A DNA stretch of 63,948 nucleotides, counting the filler, from Chiloscyllium plagiosum (taxonomy: Eukaryota), in the NCBI RefSeq assembly GCF_004010195.1. It is 5 parts of one record of this genome, joined end to end, with 100 filler letters (N's around TTAATTAATTAA, not from the genome) between each part and the next. Parts side by side here need not be neighbours in the genome. Positions count along the whole stretch, not along the records: positions 1 to 20,175 come from NC_057714.1; positions 20,276 to 35,678 come from NC_057714.1; 3 more parts are not named here. One strand, 5' to 3'. Positions 12,724 to 25,330 of the stretch are shown piece after piece. Numbering within the stretch: the first letter of the stretch is position 1; each line of letters starts with the position of its first letter. The notes beneath the pieces are model-generated. The model saw only the letters and a list, made by a program, of their open reading frames with translations, did no database searches and was not told the origin of the DNA. A program made the position numbers and the translations under genes.

Positions 12724-13624
12724 CTTCCAATTAAACGTGTTGGACTACAGCCTGGTGTTGTGTGACTTTTAACTTTGTACACCCCAGTCCAACACCAGCA
12801 TCTCCAAATCATGACTGAACAAAACAGGCTCGGTTAACCAGTTCCACACATCACTTTTCATATCACTATAAAAGGAATATTTACTGGGTTTGGATGGAAT
12901 GGATGAGGGTTGCTGAGGGATGGACTATAAATATTTAAATCTTTTAAATCTTTTTTTCAAACTTGTATATGAGAGTATTAACAGGACACTACATGGTGTC
13001 TATATATGTTCCGCTCTGTTTATGAAAGGAGGCAGTTATAAAAAAAACAGATCGGTTGCATAAAAAAAGTCGGGTGAGCAAGTTTCTTGACACCTTAACC
13101 CAAAGTATAATACTTATTGAGAAGTGTGAGGCTACTCCTGGTATTAAGTGCCCTGTTATCAAATCCTTTCATAACCTTGAAACAGAGCATTGAGACTGCT
13201 GTTCAGCAACAGGCCGAAGCAATTCTGTCCCTGTGGACCTCTTACAAAGGGATAAGAGAAGGCCATTCAGCCCATATTAGCATGTTGCTACTTGAAAAGT
13301 TGGAAATCTAGAATATTGGCACATTTTGCCAACAGAATCATTCAAAACAAAGAGATGTGTCGCTGCAGCTGTATGAAGTTCTACTGAGAGGGCACCTGGA
13401 GTACATTGTGTTGTTTGTGCTCCTGTAACTAAAAGGTGATGGACCTCCATCAGATACAGTTTAATAGCTGCTCATAAACCACGGGTTGCTGTGTCATTTA
13501 ATGTCTCGGGTCTGTTAAACAAGGACAGGAGGAGGCCATTCAGCTTTTCCAGTCTATTACAGAGGGACAGGAGGAGCCTATTCTCGAGTCTGTTACAGAG
13601 GGGCAGAAAGTGTTTATTTAACTT

Positions 13625-16600
13625 TCAAGTCTGTTATGCATAAATATTAGTTTTAAATTAGTTTTGAAATAGGAAATACCTGATGTAAACATTAAAGTTC
13701 TAACTTTGAACAAGGCCAATTTTGAAAGTGTTAGGCAAGCCCTGTAAAAGGCTGATTGGAACACCCTATTCACAGGAAAAGGGATGGTTGGAAAATGCAA
13801 GGCCTTCAAAACTTGGTTTCAGAGAGTCCAGAGCCAACGTGTTCCCATTAGTGAAAGGGGCAAGGCTGGTGGGTGCATGGAGTGCTGGATGGTTCGATAT
13901 ATTGATGTTCTGGTCGAGGTAAGGAAGGAGGCATATGTCAGGTAAACTGAGCTGAGATCAAGTGAATCCTGAGAGGTGTGTAAGGGCAGCAAGTGTATAG
14001 TCAATGGGGAAATCGGGGCAGAGAAATGTGGACAAGAAATGGCTTTAAAAATACAGTTAACAAGGTATTGAAGAAATTATACAAATCCTTTAATGTCAAA
14101 AGATTAACTAGGGAGAGAATGGGGCCCCTTAAAGATCAGTAAGGCTACCTATATATGGAACCACTGGAGATTGGAGGGATATGAAACAAGTATTTCTCCT
14201 CAGTATTTAATGTGGAGGAGATTACAAGAGCGAGAGAATGAAGAAATATATAGTGATACCTTGAAAGTGTCTATATTACAAGGAGGTGGTGGACATTTTA
14301 AAACACGTAAAGGTGAACAAATCCCTGGGACCGGAGCAGTTGTATCCCAGATGTTTATGGGAAGCTAGGAAAGAGATTGCTCAGCATTTTGCTGATATAT
14401 TTGTAACATTGATTTCCACAGGTGAGGTGTCAAAAGACTGGAGGGCTGCTAGCATTGTGTCATTATTTAAGAAAGTAAGGAAAAAACAGGTAACTATAGA
14501 TCGATGAGCCTGACGTCAATGGTGACTAAATTGTTGGAGGGGATTTTGAGGGAAAGGATGTATATGCATTTGGAAAAATAAGGACTGAAGAGGACTTTGT
14601 ACATTGGAGATCACGTCTCACTGACTCGGTAGAATTTTTTGAGGAAGTGATGAAGATGATTGATGAAGGCAGGACAGTGGATGTTGTCTTTATGGAATTC
14701 ATTAAGAAAACCAAAATGCTCTCTATATATGGAACCACTGGAGATTGGAGGGATACGAAACAAGTATTTCTCCTCAGTATTTAATGTGGAGGAGGTTACA
14801 AGAGCGAGAGAATGAAGAAATATATAGTGATACCTTGAAAGTGTCGATATGACAAGGAGGTGGTGGACATTTTAAAACACGGAAAGGTGAACAAATCCCT
14901 GGGACCGGAGCAGTTGTATCCCAGATGTTTGTGGGAAGCTAGGAAAGAGATTGCTCAGCATTTTGCTGATATATTTGTAACATTGATTTCCACAGGTGAG
15001 GTGTCAAAAGACTGGAGGGCTGCTAGCATAGTGTCATTATTTAAGAAAGTAAGGAAAAAACAGGTAACGAGAGATCGATGAGCCTGACGTCAATAGTGAC
15101 TAAATTGTTGGAGGGGATTTCGAGGAAAAAGATCGATATGCATTGGAAAGACAAGGACTGAAGAGGGTTTTGTACATTGGAGATCACATCCCACTGACAG
15201 GGTGGAATATTTTGAGGAAGTGATGAAGATGATTGATGACGGCAGGACAGTGGATGTTGTCTTTATGGAATTCAGTAAGAAAACCAAAATGTTCTACATG
15301 GTAGACTGGTTAACAAGGTTAGACTGCCTGGAATCCAGGGAGAGCTCATCATTTAGATCCAAAATTTTCTTGAATATTGGAGACAGGCCGTGAGAGTGGA
15401 CATTTGTTCTTTAAACTTGGAGACCTGTGACCAGTGGCGTGCCGCAAAGATCAATAGTGGGTCCACTGCCTTTTGTCACTTATACAAATCATTTGCATTT
15501 TAGTATATGAAGTATGGTCAGTAAGTTTTTAGATAGTACGAAATTTGTTGGTGTAGTCGACAGTGAAGAATGATCTCTCAGACTATAATGGAACTTTACT
15601 TAGGTGAACCGAGGAGTGGCAGATGGAGTTTATTTTAGTTAAATGAGAGGTGTTGCATTTTGGCAGACAAATCAAGGCAAGACATGTAGATATGGTGCTG
15701 TTGAAAGCTGCCAATCAAGGAGACCTCCATAGAAATCATCGAATCCCTACAGTGAGGAAACAGCCTACTCGGCCCATCGATGCCACACCGAGCCTCTAAA
15801 CAGTATCCCACTGGACAAACCCCTACCTTATCCTCTGAGCCTGCATTTCCCATGGCTAAACCACCTCGCTTACACATCCCTGGGTACTTTGCGCAATTTA
15901 GCATGACCAATCTACCCTTATCTGTATATCTTTATACAGTCGGAGGAAAACATAACATCCGGAGGAAACTCATGCAGACACGTGGAGACTGTGCAAACAT
16001 CACACAGGCAATCATTCAAGGATGGAGTTAAACACAGATCGCTGCGCTCTGAAGCAGCAATGCTAGTCACTGAGCTACTGTGTCACCTTGTGGTGCAGGT
16101 TCTCTGTTCCTTGAAAGTGCCGTCACTGGTAGATAGTGTAGTGAAGAAGGCACTTGATGATTTTCCCTTTATTGGTACGTGCTTTGAGTCTAAACATTTT
16201 CACGACGTATTGCATCTGTACAGGACATTGGTTTGGCCACTGTTGTAATACTGCCTTTAATTCTGGTCACACTGCTGTCGGAAAGATGTTGTCAAACTTG
16301 AAAGGGTACAGAAGAGATTTAAAAGACTGTTGCAGGTGTTGGAGGGTTAGAGTAACAGGGAGAGTTTGAATAGGCTGGGGCTATTTTCAAGTGTTGAGGC
16401 TGAGGGGGGACTTTAAAGAGGTATATAGAATCATGAGGGGAATAGATAAGGTAAAGAGTCAACGTTTGTTCCCAGGATAGCCGAGTCCAAAATTAGAAGA
16501 CAAAGATTTAAGGTGAGAGGGGAAAGATTTAAAAAGGGACATGGGGACAACATTTTCACACAGAGACTGCTGCGTGTATGGATTGAACAGCCAACAGAAG

Positions 16601-16785
16601 TGGTGGAGACAGGTACAGTTACACCATTTAAAAGGCATTTGGATGGATACATGCATGGGAGGCATTTAGAGGGAGATGGTCCAAGTGCTGGCAAGCGGGA
16701 CGAGATTTATTTAAGACATTTGGTCGGCATGGACAACCGGACTGAAGGATCTTTTTCTGTGCTGTACATCTCTGAGACTCTATTG
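13625..16785 (+). mobile_element. Degraded CR1 LINE ORF2 to 3' end, with a 574-bp tandem duplication and a SINE insertion
   Basis: KSLGPEQLYPRCLWEARKEIA (twice), EYFEEVMKMIDDGRTVDVVFMEFSK, RGERFK..FTQR..; 14149-14722 is repeated from 14723. Confidence 0.9.
15728..16087 (-). mobile_element. Diverged HE1-type SINE
   Basis: gaatccctacagtg..ggcccatcg..ggaggaaactcatgcagacac..gtgcaaac..gcagcaatgcta. Confidence 0.8.
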
Positions 16786-17039
16786 CCTCTTGAGTGTAAA
16801 GCACAGGAACAGGAGGAAACTATTTAGCTTCTGAATTATGTCAGTCAGCTTATTTGCTCAATTACTGTGAGTAAAATACAAAAATACATCATTCAGATTT
16901 TGATGGTGATTTACAGAAACAGTAGAATGGCTTTTAGTCAAGAGAAGCTGTAAGGAATGTGAAGAGGCCATTCAGTCCCTCAATTCCATTCCACAGGAGC
17001 AGCAGGTGAGCACAGAGCTATTGGAGCCTGTTACACAGG

Positions 17040-17455
17040 AACAGGAGGAGGACATCTATTTTCACAGACTTGGGATCAGGAAGCAGTCATTCAACTGCTT
17101 GAGACTGGGACACAGAAACAGGAGGCAATCATTCAATTGCTCGTGACTGGGACACAGGAACAGAAGGCAGTCATTCAACTGCTCGAGACTGGGACACAGG
17201 GACAGGAGGCAGTCACTCAACTGCTGGAGACAGGGACACAGGAATAGGAGGAAGTCATTCAACTGCTCGATACTGGGACACAGGAAGAGAAGGCAGTCAC
17301 TCAACTGCTCGAGACTGGGACACAGGAACAGGAGGCAGTCACTCAATTGCTCGAGACTGGGACACAGGAACACGAGGCCGTCACTCAACTGTTCAAAACT
17401 GGGAAATCTGGAGGCTAGTGAGGCCCCAGGGTCCTGTTACGCAGGAACAGGAGGA
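17040..17455. repeat. 42-bp minisatellite (actgggacacaggaacaggaggcagtcactcaactgctcgag), about 8 good copies
   Basis: Visible tandem units; produces the 14-aa periodic ORF 17062..17388. Confidence 0.95.
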
Positions 17456-18229
17456 GGTGCCTCACTCCCCACCAGTATGGGACACTGGGAGAGAAGGGAA
17501 TTTTGCTTGCAACAAACATAAATACATGAATAAGTTGCATTAGTGGTCCATTCAATCCTGCCCCACCATTCATTAAGACCACGGCTGATCTGATTGTGAT
17601 TTCCTCATTCCATTTTATGGAGACTGTCCTCTATGCAGCTCTGCTCCATTGTTGGTCATATTGCAGACTCAGATGCTGTAACAACAGTCACCATCACTCA
17701 TCCAGAGGGTCGGGTCTCAGGATGAGTCAGGATTTGAAGGGTCCAATCACAAGAATGAAAACACAAAATAAAGATTACATTCGTAATCAAAATCACATAA
17801 CTAGCCCATCCATAATATATTCAGGATGGAGCACTGTGTAGATATGGCTACCGGACTGCTGAATGCAACCCAGCAACATCCAGAATGGAACTCTGTGCAG
17901 CCCACACCAAACATGATCTATAATCTTGGGATAAATATCCAGTGTGGGGAGCTGTGCAGACCGCATTGGTTCATTCATATATAAACCCAGGCTGTTGCAT
18001 TTTTCAATAACACTGTGTTAGATCACTGCCCAGTGTGGGGAAACTTGCAGTCCATGCTGGAAGTGACAGGATGTGCAGCTCCCATCCGGTTACAGCTCCA
18101 TATCTCCACTGTACCTTGACAAGGGGTGCTGCAGATGTGAAAATCATTGCAAGCGAGAGATGTAAATGGAAATAGTTGAAACACCAATAGTTCTGATTAA
18201 GGCGAGTATCACACAAGTATTTAAAGATG

Positions 18230-20175
18230 AAATAACTGAGATAATATCCGATGAGGTTTTGTCAATGGTGCAAGGAAGTAAGAAGGGGATGGTGATGCGA
18301 TAGTGGTTGCACTATAAGCCTCCAAATCATGAATGGAAATTGGAGGAACAAATATGCAGGGAAACTGGTGAGAGTTGCAGGAGCAACAGGATTATCATAA
18401 CATGTGATTTAAATTTTTCTAACATAGACTGGGACATCGAGATAGTTAAGAAATTCGATGGAACGTAATTTCTTAAGTTTATTCAGGAAAGGTTCCCCAA
18501 GCAGTATATAAAGGGTCCTACAAAGGAGGGACAAACTCGACCTACCGTTGGGAAATAGGGATGGAGAGGTGACGGTGGTAAAGTGACTAGTGTTATATTA
18601 ATTTTAAAATAAGAGGGAGAAAATTGGTCCACAGATTCAAGTTCTAAACTGCGGCAAGGCATATTTTGTTGGAATTAGACAGTGGATTGCAGGGCTTAAT
18701 TGGAGTAGTTTGTTTTCAGGTAAAAGGATGTCGGGCACGAGAGAGGGCTATAAAAGTGAGAAAGCTCGAGTACGAAGTTTACATGTTCCTGTGAGGCTGA
18801 ATGGAAAGTGAGGCTGGAAGAGAAAACCCTGGATGACAGAGATATTGAAGCTCTGACCAGCAAAAATGAGGCGTGGCTCAGGTACAGGCAGCTGGAATCA
18901 AGGGAATCCCTGGAGGTACACAGGGCATATAGGAGTTTACTGAAGAAGGAAATCAGCAGGGCGAAAAGAGAGTATGAGATAGCCTTGACTGAGAAGATTA
19001 GGGTGAATCCAAATTCAGTATAGGAAAGAAAAAGAACAACCAGAGAGAGAATAGGACGCCTTAAAATCCAAAATGGGCACGCATGTATAAAACCTCAAGA
19101 GATAGTTGAGGTCCTCAACTTCCCCTCTGTGTTTACCATGAAGAAGGACATGAAGACCTGTGACCTTTAGGAGGTTAGTTGAGATATTTTAGTACAGTCC
19201 ATATTACAGTAGAGGTGTTGTTGGATATATGAGAATGCACAAAGTCAGACAAATCTCTTGGTCCTGGCCAGATATATCCAAGAGCACTGCAAGAGGCGAG
19301 AGAAGACAGTTCAGGGGCCAAGGACCCGGAAGACTGGGCGGTAACTAATGTGCCCTTATTCAAGAAGGGCTGCAAATAAATGCCTGGGAAAGGTAGACCA
19401 GTAAGCTTCACATCTGTTTTCGGTAAACCACTTGAGAAGGTTCTGAGATATAAGATATGCTTGCATTTGGAAAGACAGAGTTTGATTTGGAGCAGTCAGT
19501 ATAGCTTTGTGCGTGGCAGATCAAGCCTTACAAATTTTGCGAGAGTTTTTTGAGGAAGTGACCAGGAACGTTGACGAGGGCAGGGTGGACATAGTCGAGA
19601 TGGATTTCAGTAAGGCCTTTGGTAAGATTTAACCGCTCTAGAAGGTTAGATTGCATGGACTCCAAGGTAAACTGACAATTTGGCGACACAATTGGTTTGA
19701 CATTATGAAACAAATGGCTATGGTGGAGGTATGCTTGTCGGACTGGAGGCCTGTGACTAGTGGAGTGCTTCAGGGGTCGGTACTGTCCCCATTTCTGTTT
19801 GTTATCTATATCGATGATTTGGACGAGAGTGCACAACGCAAGGTTATTAAGTTTGCAGATGACACTAAAATAGGAGGCAGCGTTTACAGTGAGGAACGTT
19901 ATCAAAATTGCAGCAGTACCTTGATCAGCTGGCGAAGGGGGCTGAGAAATAGCAAATGGAATTTAATATAGATAAGTGTGGAAGTCTTGCATTTTGGAAA
20001 GTCAAATTCAGGTGGGAGTTTAATGATGAATGAGAGGGCCTTAAGGAGTGTAGTGGAACAAAAGGATGTTGGAAATCAGGTGCACGGTTGTCTGAATTTG
20101 AGTCGCAGATGTACAGGACAGTGAAGAAGGCTGTTGGCACACTGGCCTACATCAGGGCATTGAGTATAGAAGTTG
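18230..20175 (+). mobile_element. Degraded CR1 LINE ORF2 (endonuclease C-terminus through RT)
   Basis: YKPPN..EEQI and DF.F.NIDW-like [40 protein letters not shown]. Confidence 0.9.
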
Positions 20176-20275
20176 NNNNNNNNNNNNNNNNNNNNNNNNN
20201 NNNNNNNNNNNNNNNNNNNTTAATTAATTAANNNNNNNNNNNNNNNNNNNNNNNNNNNNNNNNNNNNNNNNNNNN
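20176..20275. other. Artificial scaffold linker
   Basis: 44 N + TTAATTAATTAA (stop codons in all six frames) + 44 N. Confidence 0.95.
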
Positions 20276-20620
20276 ACAGACAAGTTCAGGAATTCGTGGT
20301 GCGCTGTGACACCAGCGCATCAGCTTCTTCCCTGTGTTTGAACCGAGCCGCCTGCGCAAGGAATGCAAATACGGTACTGCTTTTCGTGGACGGATCAGAA
20401 CGCGGTAACAACACTCTCAAACAGAATGGCATATGATCAGAACCAGGTTGGAGAAAAACTTTACAATGCTTTGCACAGTAATGAAATGGAATTGCATTAC
20501 ATTTCACTACGAGAGCAGATTTGTTCAACAAGCAAATTCGAAGGCAGGTTTGCAGATGGAAAAGCAAACAAGAAAGCTTCGTTCTTGTCCATGAAAAAGG
20601 CTGCAGTTAAAGAACAAAGC

Positions 20621-20693
20621 AGTTTCTGCCCAGTTTCAAACTGGGGACCTTTCGCGTGGTAAGCAAATGTGATAACCACTACACTACAGAAAC
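20621..20693 (-). tRNA. tRNA-Val-derived gene, probable pseudogene (anticodon reads ACC; B-box C to T)
   Basis: Reverse complement is GTTTCTGTAGTGTAGTGGTTATCACATTTGCTTACCACGCGAAAGGTCCCCAGTTTGAAACTGGGCAGAAACT: a full-length vertebrate tRNA-Val body with CpG decay. Confidence 0.9.
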
Positions 20694-20967
20694 AAGCCAC
20701 CAGAGCCGTTCCTGCGGCTCAGTGGCATCTAGCACTGAACGTTGAAGCTATTCTACGTTTCACCTTCCTGTTTCCAATAGCTCGGAAATTTCCAATGTCC
20801 AATTTCCAGTTTCCAATGTCCGGCGTAATTGACATCTTGAAAACGTAAAGAAAAAGACGTGAAATTGATGACAAAATATAGACAAAGATGTCGCCAATGT
20901 TTGGACCATAGAGCGAGGTGGAATAGGCTGGGACGACATTCCCTGCAGCGTAACGGCTGCAACATGA

Positions 20968-21320
20968 TCTTATGGGAGGGTTGTCAACTGAGTATTTACG
21001 TGTTTTACCCAAGTTGGGGTGAGTTGAAAACTCGAGAGCATAGGTGAGCATAGGTGAGTGGGCTGAAATTGACAAAGGGCCTGAGGCACATTTCCCACAC
21101 AGAAGGTTGTGCGTGTTTGGGATGAGCAACCAGAGGAAGTGGAGGAGGCTATTCCACTCAGAAAATTGCAAAGGTAATCGAATGAGTTTCTGGATAGGAT
21201 GGGTTTAGAGGGATAGGGGCCAAATGCTGGGGAACGGGACTTGTTTAATTTTGGCTGTTTGGTGAGCATGGACTAGATACACCGAAGTATCTGTTTCCAC
21301 GCGGTGTACCCCAATAACAT
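20968..21320 (+). mobile_element. CR1 3'-end fragment inside repeat unit A
   Basis: gagagcatagg..cacacagaaggttgtgcgtgtttgg..ggtttagagggataggggccaaatgctgg..ctgtttccacgcggtgta; inverted at 24189-24528. Confidence 0.8.
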
Positions 21321-22264
21321 TGTATTGCTTACACCGGCTTTAAAGGATTACTTTTTAGCGGAGCTTGCTGTCGCAGTCTGTGGCACAATCATTTAGTCTG
21401 TTCGACTGCTCACGGGAAAGGTAGTATTGTGAAACACTGCAGAAACGAACGACTTCCTTACTTTTGCTCTGACTGACCATACTCTGTGAAATTTTCCCAG
21501 ATCCTCAGTTGAGGATTTTTGCTGCTGGAAGTTACCTCAGAAACCCTGTTAACTCGTAATGTATTGGGCAAATCGCAAAACAGAAAGCATTTAACACGGA
21601 ACACAAACAAAACTGGCATACCTAATGCATTTTCAGAAACAGGGAAGCATGAATGCTAAATGTGAGACAGTCCGAGGGCATGAGTTGTAAAGTAATCTCA
21701 CAACTAACAACAGGGCAATTCCAAACTACTCTTTCAAACATACTGCAGCCTTAGTGCACCACCACTTCCCAGACAATGCTGAAAAGAGAGAAAGAAAGAA
21801 CATAATAAGAATGGGCCATAAAAAGTGAATTTCACCAATCGCAGTCTCGATTAGATTATCTTTCCTTTCCGATGTCTCCACGACGGAAATGAGTGAAATG
21901 GGAGAAATTCAATAACATACGACATCGAAATTCATTGGAACGATTTTCCCATTGGCCAGAAAACCAAATAATGACGAGTCGAGCCACCGCAGGACTTTGT
22001 TTCACAACAGCGATGAAATAACAGTCTCCATTCCGTTCCAGTAAAAGCTCAACTTGCCTGGAACAGCAGAGCTGCTTGCGATTTTCCGCGCGGGAGGCGA
22101 ACACGATCATGCAAGCAGAGATATTTTGAAATATTAGGCACTATCCCACACCACCGTTAATTCCCCGGGAAGCAAACCCATTTTTCTTTTGTTTTCAATA
22201 TCAAAAAAGTGGGGACTGAAACAACATTTTAACAAGCTGCAGTTGATTGATCGATCGACAGAAA

Positions 22265-22346
22265 AGGTAGTGGTGGGAGGCGAATCCACGCCCATTTCAA
22301 AACGGGAACCTGGAGTCCGCACCTCAGACCGCTAGGCCACACTACC
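22265..22346 (-). pseudogene. tRNA-Leu pseudogene
   Basis: Reverse complement is GGTAGTGTGGCCTAGCGGTCTGAGGTGC..GGGCGTGGATTCGCCTCCCACCACTACC, aligning to tRNA-Leu (GGTAGCGTGGCCGAGCGGTCTAAGGCGC..GGCGTGGGTTCGAATCCCACC); anticodon arm disrupted. Confidence 0.8.
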
Positions 22347-23820
22347 AGCCGGCCCCATGCTCCCCATTTTCTTGAAATTCCAATTGTGCTCCTGCATAAC
22401 AACAGATGAAAAGTCACGTGAAAAGGGTTCCATGATCCCTCTCCGACTCGCACAGCTGCTGGGATATGCCCGGCTACAATGTCAATTTCGCAGCAATAAT
22501 GATAGCCCATCAATACAGACAAAAACCAATGTTAAGCTGTGTCTATCTCCTCAGACTCTTTTCAGCTACAAATGTATCTGTGAGTGCGTGAGAATATACG
22601 TTCGCTTATGATTTGGTCAAATAACCATGAACTGCTTGACATTACTGCAATTTCGATTCTTGCTTTGCTGAATGATTTCACCCATTGCTCGAAACAGGAC
22701 GACTTTCACGTTTACACGGAACACAAAACAACATCGGACTACAGGGAAAATGCACAAAGCTGAGCAGGCCGTCTTCCACATCATACTATGCAGCATAGTT
22801 TCAGTTACTGCGACTGTTTTGCAGAATAAGCGTCCCAAAGAATGTTATCCACCTGAAAAGCCGAGATATAAGGACAATCCGAGAAGGACAGATCACATTG
22901 TGAGGATGCTCAAACCTTGGTGCCAGTACAAGTTGGCATTTCCTTGTCTTTCACCTTATCCATGCAACTTGCTGCAGAATGTCCACATCAGGACGTGAGC
23001 GACATGGCTGCTAGATGAGGTGGAAATTAATGAGGGAATCGATGGGAAGCGACTCAGAAAAGTTACAAAATTCCTTGGTGCTTATTAGGGAAGCAGTTTC
23101 TGTTCTCATCAATGTAAAAGATAGTTTCTGAACATATNNNNNNNNNNNNNNNNNNNNNNNNNNNNNNNNNNNNNNNNNNNNNNNNNNNNNNNNNNNNNNN
23201 NNNNNNNNNNNNNNNNNNNNNNNNNNNNNNNNNNNNNNNNNNNNNNNNNNNNNNNNNNNNNNNNNNNNNNNNNNNNNNNNNNNNNNNNNNNNNNNNNNNN
23301 NNNNNNNNNNNNNNNNNNNNNNNNNNNNNNNNNNNNNNNNNNNNNNNNNNNNNNNNNNNNNNNNNNNNNNNNNNNNNNNNNNNNNNNNNNNNNNNNNNNN
23401 NNNNNNNNNNNNNNNNNNNNNNNNNNNNNNNNNNNNNNNNNNNNNNNNNNNNNNNNNNNNNNNNNNNNNNNNNNNNNNNNNNNNNNNNNNNNNNNNNNNN
23501 NNNNNNNNNNNNNNNNNNNNNNNNNNNNNNNNNNNNNNNNNNNNNNNNNNNNNNNNNNNNNNNNNNNNNNNNNNNGTTCTGCTCTTCGTGAAAGGATCAA
23601 AAGGCGGTAACTACACTCTCAAACAGAATGGCATATGATCAGAACCAGGTTGGAGAAAAACTTTGCAATGCTTTGCACAGTAATGAAATGGAATTGCATT
23701 ACATTTCACTACGAGAGCAGATTTGTTCAAGCAAATTCGAAGGCAGGTTTGCAGATGGGAAAGCAAACAAGAAAGCTTTGTTCTTGTCCATGTAAAAGGC
23801 TACAGTTGAAGAACAAAGCA

Positions 23821-23881
23821 GCTTAGAACTGGGGACTTTTCGCGTGTTAGGCGAATGTGATGACCACTACACTACAGAAAC
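23821..23881 (-). pseudogene. tRNA-Val(AAC) pseudogene, 3' end deleted
   Basis: Reverse complement is GTTTCTGTAGTGTAGTGGTCATCACATTCGCCTAACACGCGAAAAGTCCCCAGTTCTAAGC. Confidence 0.9.
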
Positions 23882-24111
23882 AAGATGCCGGCGCCGCTCC
23901 TGCGGCTCAGTGGCATCCAGCACTGAACGTTGAAGCCATTCTACGTTTCACCTTCCTGTTTCCAATAGCTCGTTGTTGTCCAGTGTAATTGACATCTTGA
24001 AAACGTAAAAAAAACGACATGTAAAATTGATGACAAAATATAGACAAAGATGTCGTCAATGTTTGGACCGTAGGGCGAGGTGGAATATGCTGGGACGACT
24101 TTCCCTGCAGC

Positions 24112-24601
24112 GATTGTGCCACAGACTGCGACGGCAAGCTCCGCTAAAAAGTAATCCTTTAAAGCCGGTGTAAGCAACCCAACGTTATTGGGGTACACCG
24201 CGTGGAAACAGATACTTCGGTGTATCTCGTCCATGCTCACCACATAGCCAAAATTAAACAAGTCCCGTTCCCCAGCATTTGGCCCCCAGCCCTCTAAACC
24301 CATCCTGTCCAGAAACTCATTTGATTAGCTTTGCAATTTTCTGAGTGGAATATCCTCCTCCACTTCCTCTGGTAGCTCATCCCATACACGCAAAACCTTC
24401 TGTGTAGAAATGTGCCTCAGGTCCTTTGTCAATTTCAGCCCACTCACCTTAAACCTATGCTCTCGAGTTTTCCACTGACCCCAACTTGGGTAAAACACGT
24501 AAATACTCAGTTGACAACCCTCCCATAACGTTGGGTTGCTTACACCGGCTTTAAAGGATTACTTTTTAGCGGAGCTTGCCGTCGCAGTCTGTGGCACAAT
24601 C
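24112..24601. repeat. Perfect 77-bp inverted repeat (24112-24188 / 24525-24601)
   Basis: Base-by-base reverse-complement identity. Confidence 0.95.
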
Positions 24602-25249
24602 ATTTAGTCTGTTCGACTGCTCACGGGAAAGGTAGTATTGTGAAACACTGCAGAAACGAACGACTTCCTTACTTTTGCTCCGACTGACCATACTCCGTGA
24701 AATTTTCCCAGACCCTCAGTTGAGGATTTTTGCTGTTGGAAGTTACCTCAGAAACCCTGTTAACTCGTAATGTATTGGGCGAATCGCAAAACAGAAAGCA
24801 TTTAACACGGAACACAAACAAAACTGGCATACCTAATGCATTTTCAGAAACAGCGAAGCATGAATGCTAAATGTGAGACAGTCCGAGGGCATGATCTCAC
24901 AACTAACAACAGGGCAATTCCAAACTACTCTTTCAAACATACTGCAGCCTTAGTGCACCACCACTTCCCAGACAATGCTGAAAAGAGAGAAAGAAAGAAC
25001 ATAATAAGAATGAGCCATAAAAAGTGAATTTCACCAATCACAGTCTGGATTAGATTACCTTTCCCTTCCGATGTCTCCACGACGGAAATGAGTGAAATGG
25101 GAGAAATTGAATAACATACGACATCGAAATTCATTAGAATGATTTTCCCATTGGCCAGAAAACCAAATAACGACGAGTCGAGTCACCGCAGGACTTTGTC
25201 TCACAACAGCGATGAATTAACAGCCTCCATTCGGTTCCAGTAAAAGCTC

Positions 25250-25330
25250 AACTTGCCTGGAACATAAAGCAGCAGTTGAGCTGCTTGTGGATTTCCGTGT
25301 GGGAGGCGAGCACTACCATGACAGCACAGA
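25250..25330 (-). pseudogene. tRNA-Gly(CCC)-like remnant (related remnants ~22050-22115 and ~25405-25475)
   Basis: ttccgtgtgggaggcgagcactaccatgacagcac resembles antisense tRNA-Gly tcccgcgtgggaggcgagaattctaccactgaaccac. Confidence 0.5.

Larger units (their letters stand above)
11616..12813 (+). mobile_element. Penelope-like element family B, 3' part (GIY-YIG end, CA-rich UTR, tandem pLTR)
   Basis: ORF 11649..11876 PVGEHFSGPGHS..RKVAEQRLI..LNRD; 10-bp TSD ACTGAACAAA at 11606-11615 and 12814-12823; homologous to 58459-59306. Confidence 0.9.
20378..22172. repeat. tRNA-bearing repeat unit, copy A
   Basis: High-identity direct copy at 23579-25380 (period ~3.2 kb). Confidence 0.9.

Noticed and set aside
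17062..17388. LRR-like periodic ORF (CPSLEQLSDCLLFL)
   Set aside because: Translation of the 42-bp minisatellite
20220..20231. Recurrent TTAATTAATTAA palindrome as a biological motif
   Set aside because: Always centred in 88 Ns; a synthetic linker
24112..24601. MITE with 77-bp TIRs
   Set aside because: No TSD, and fully explained by rearrangement of the paralogous unit at 20968-21390
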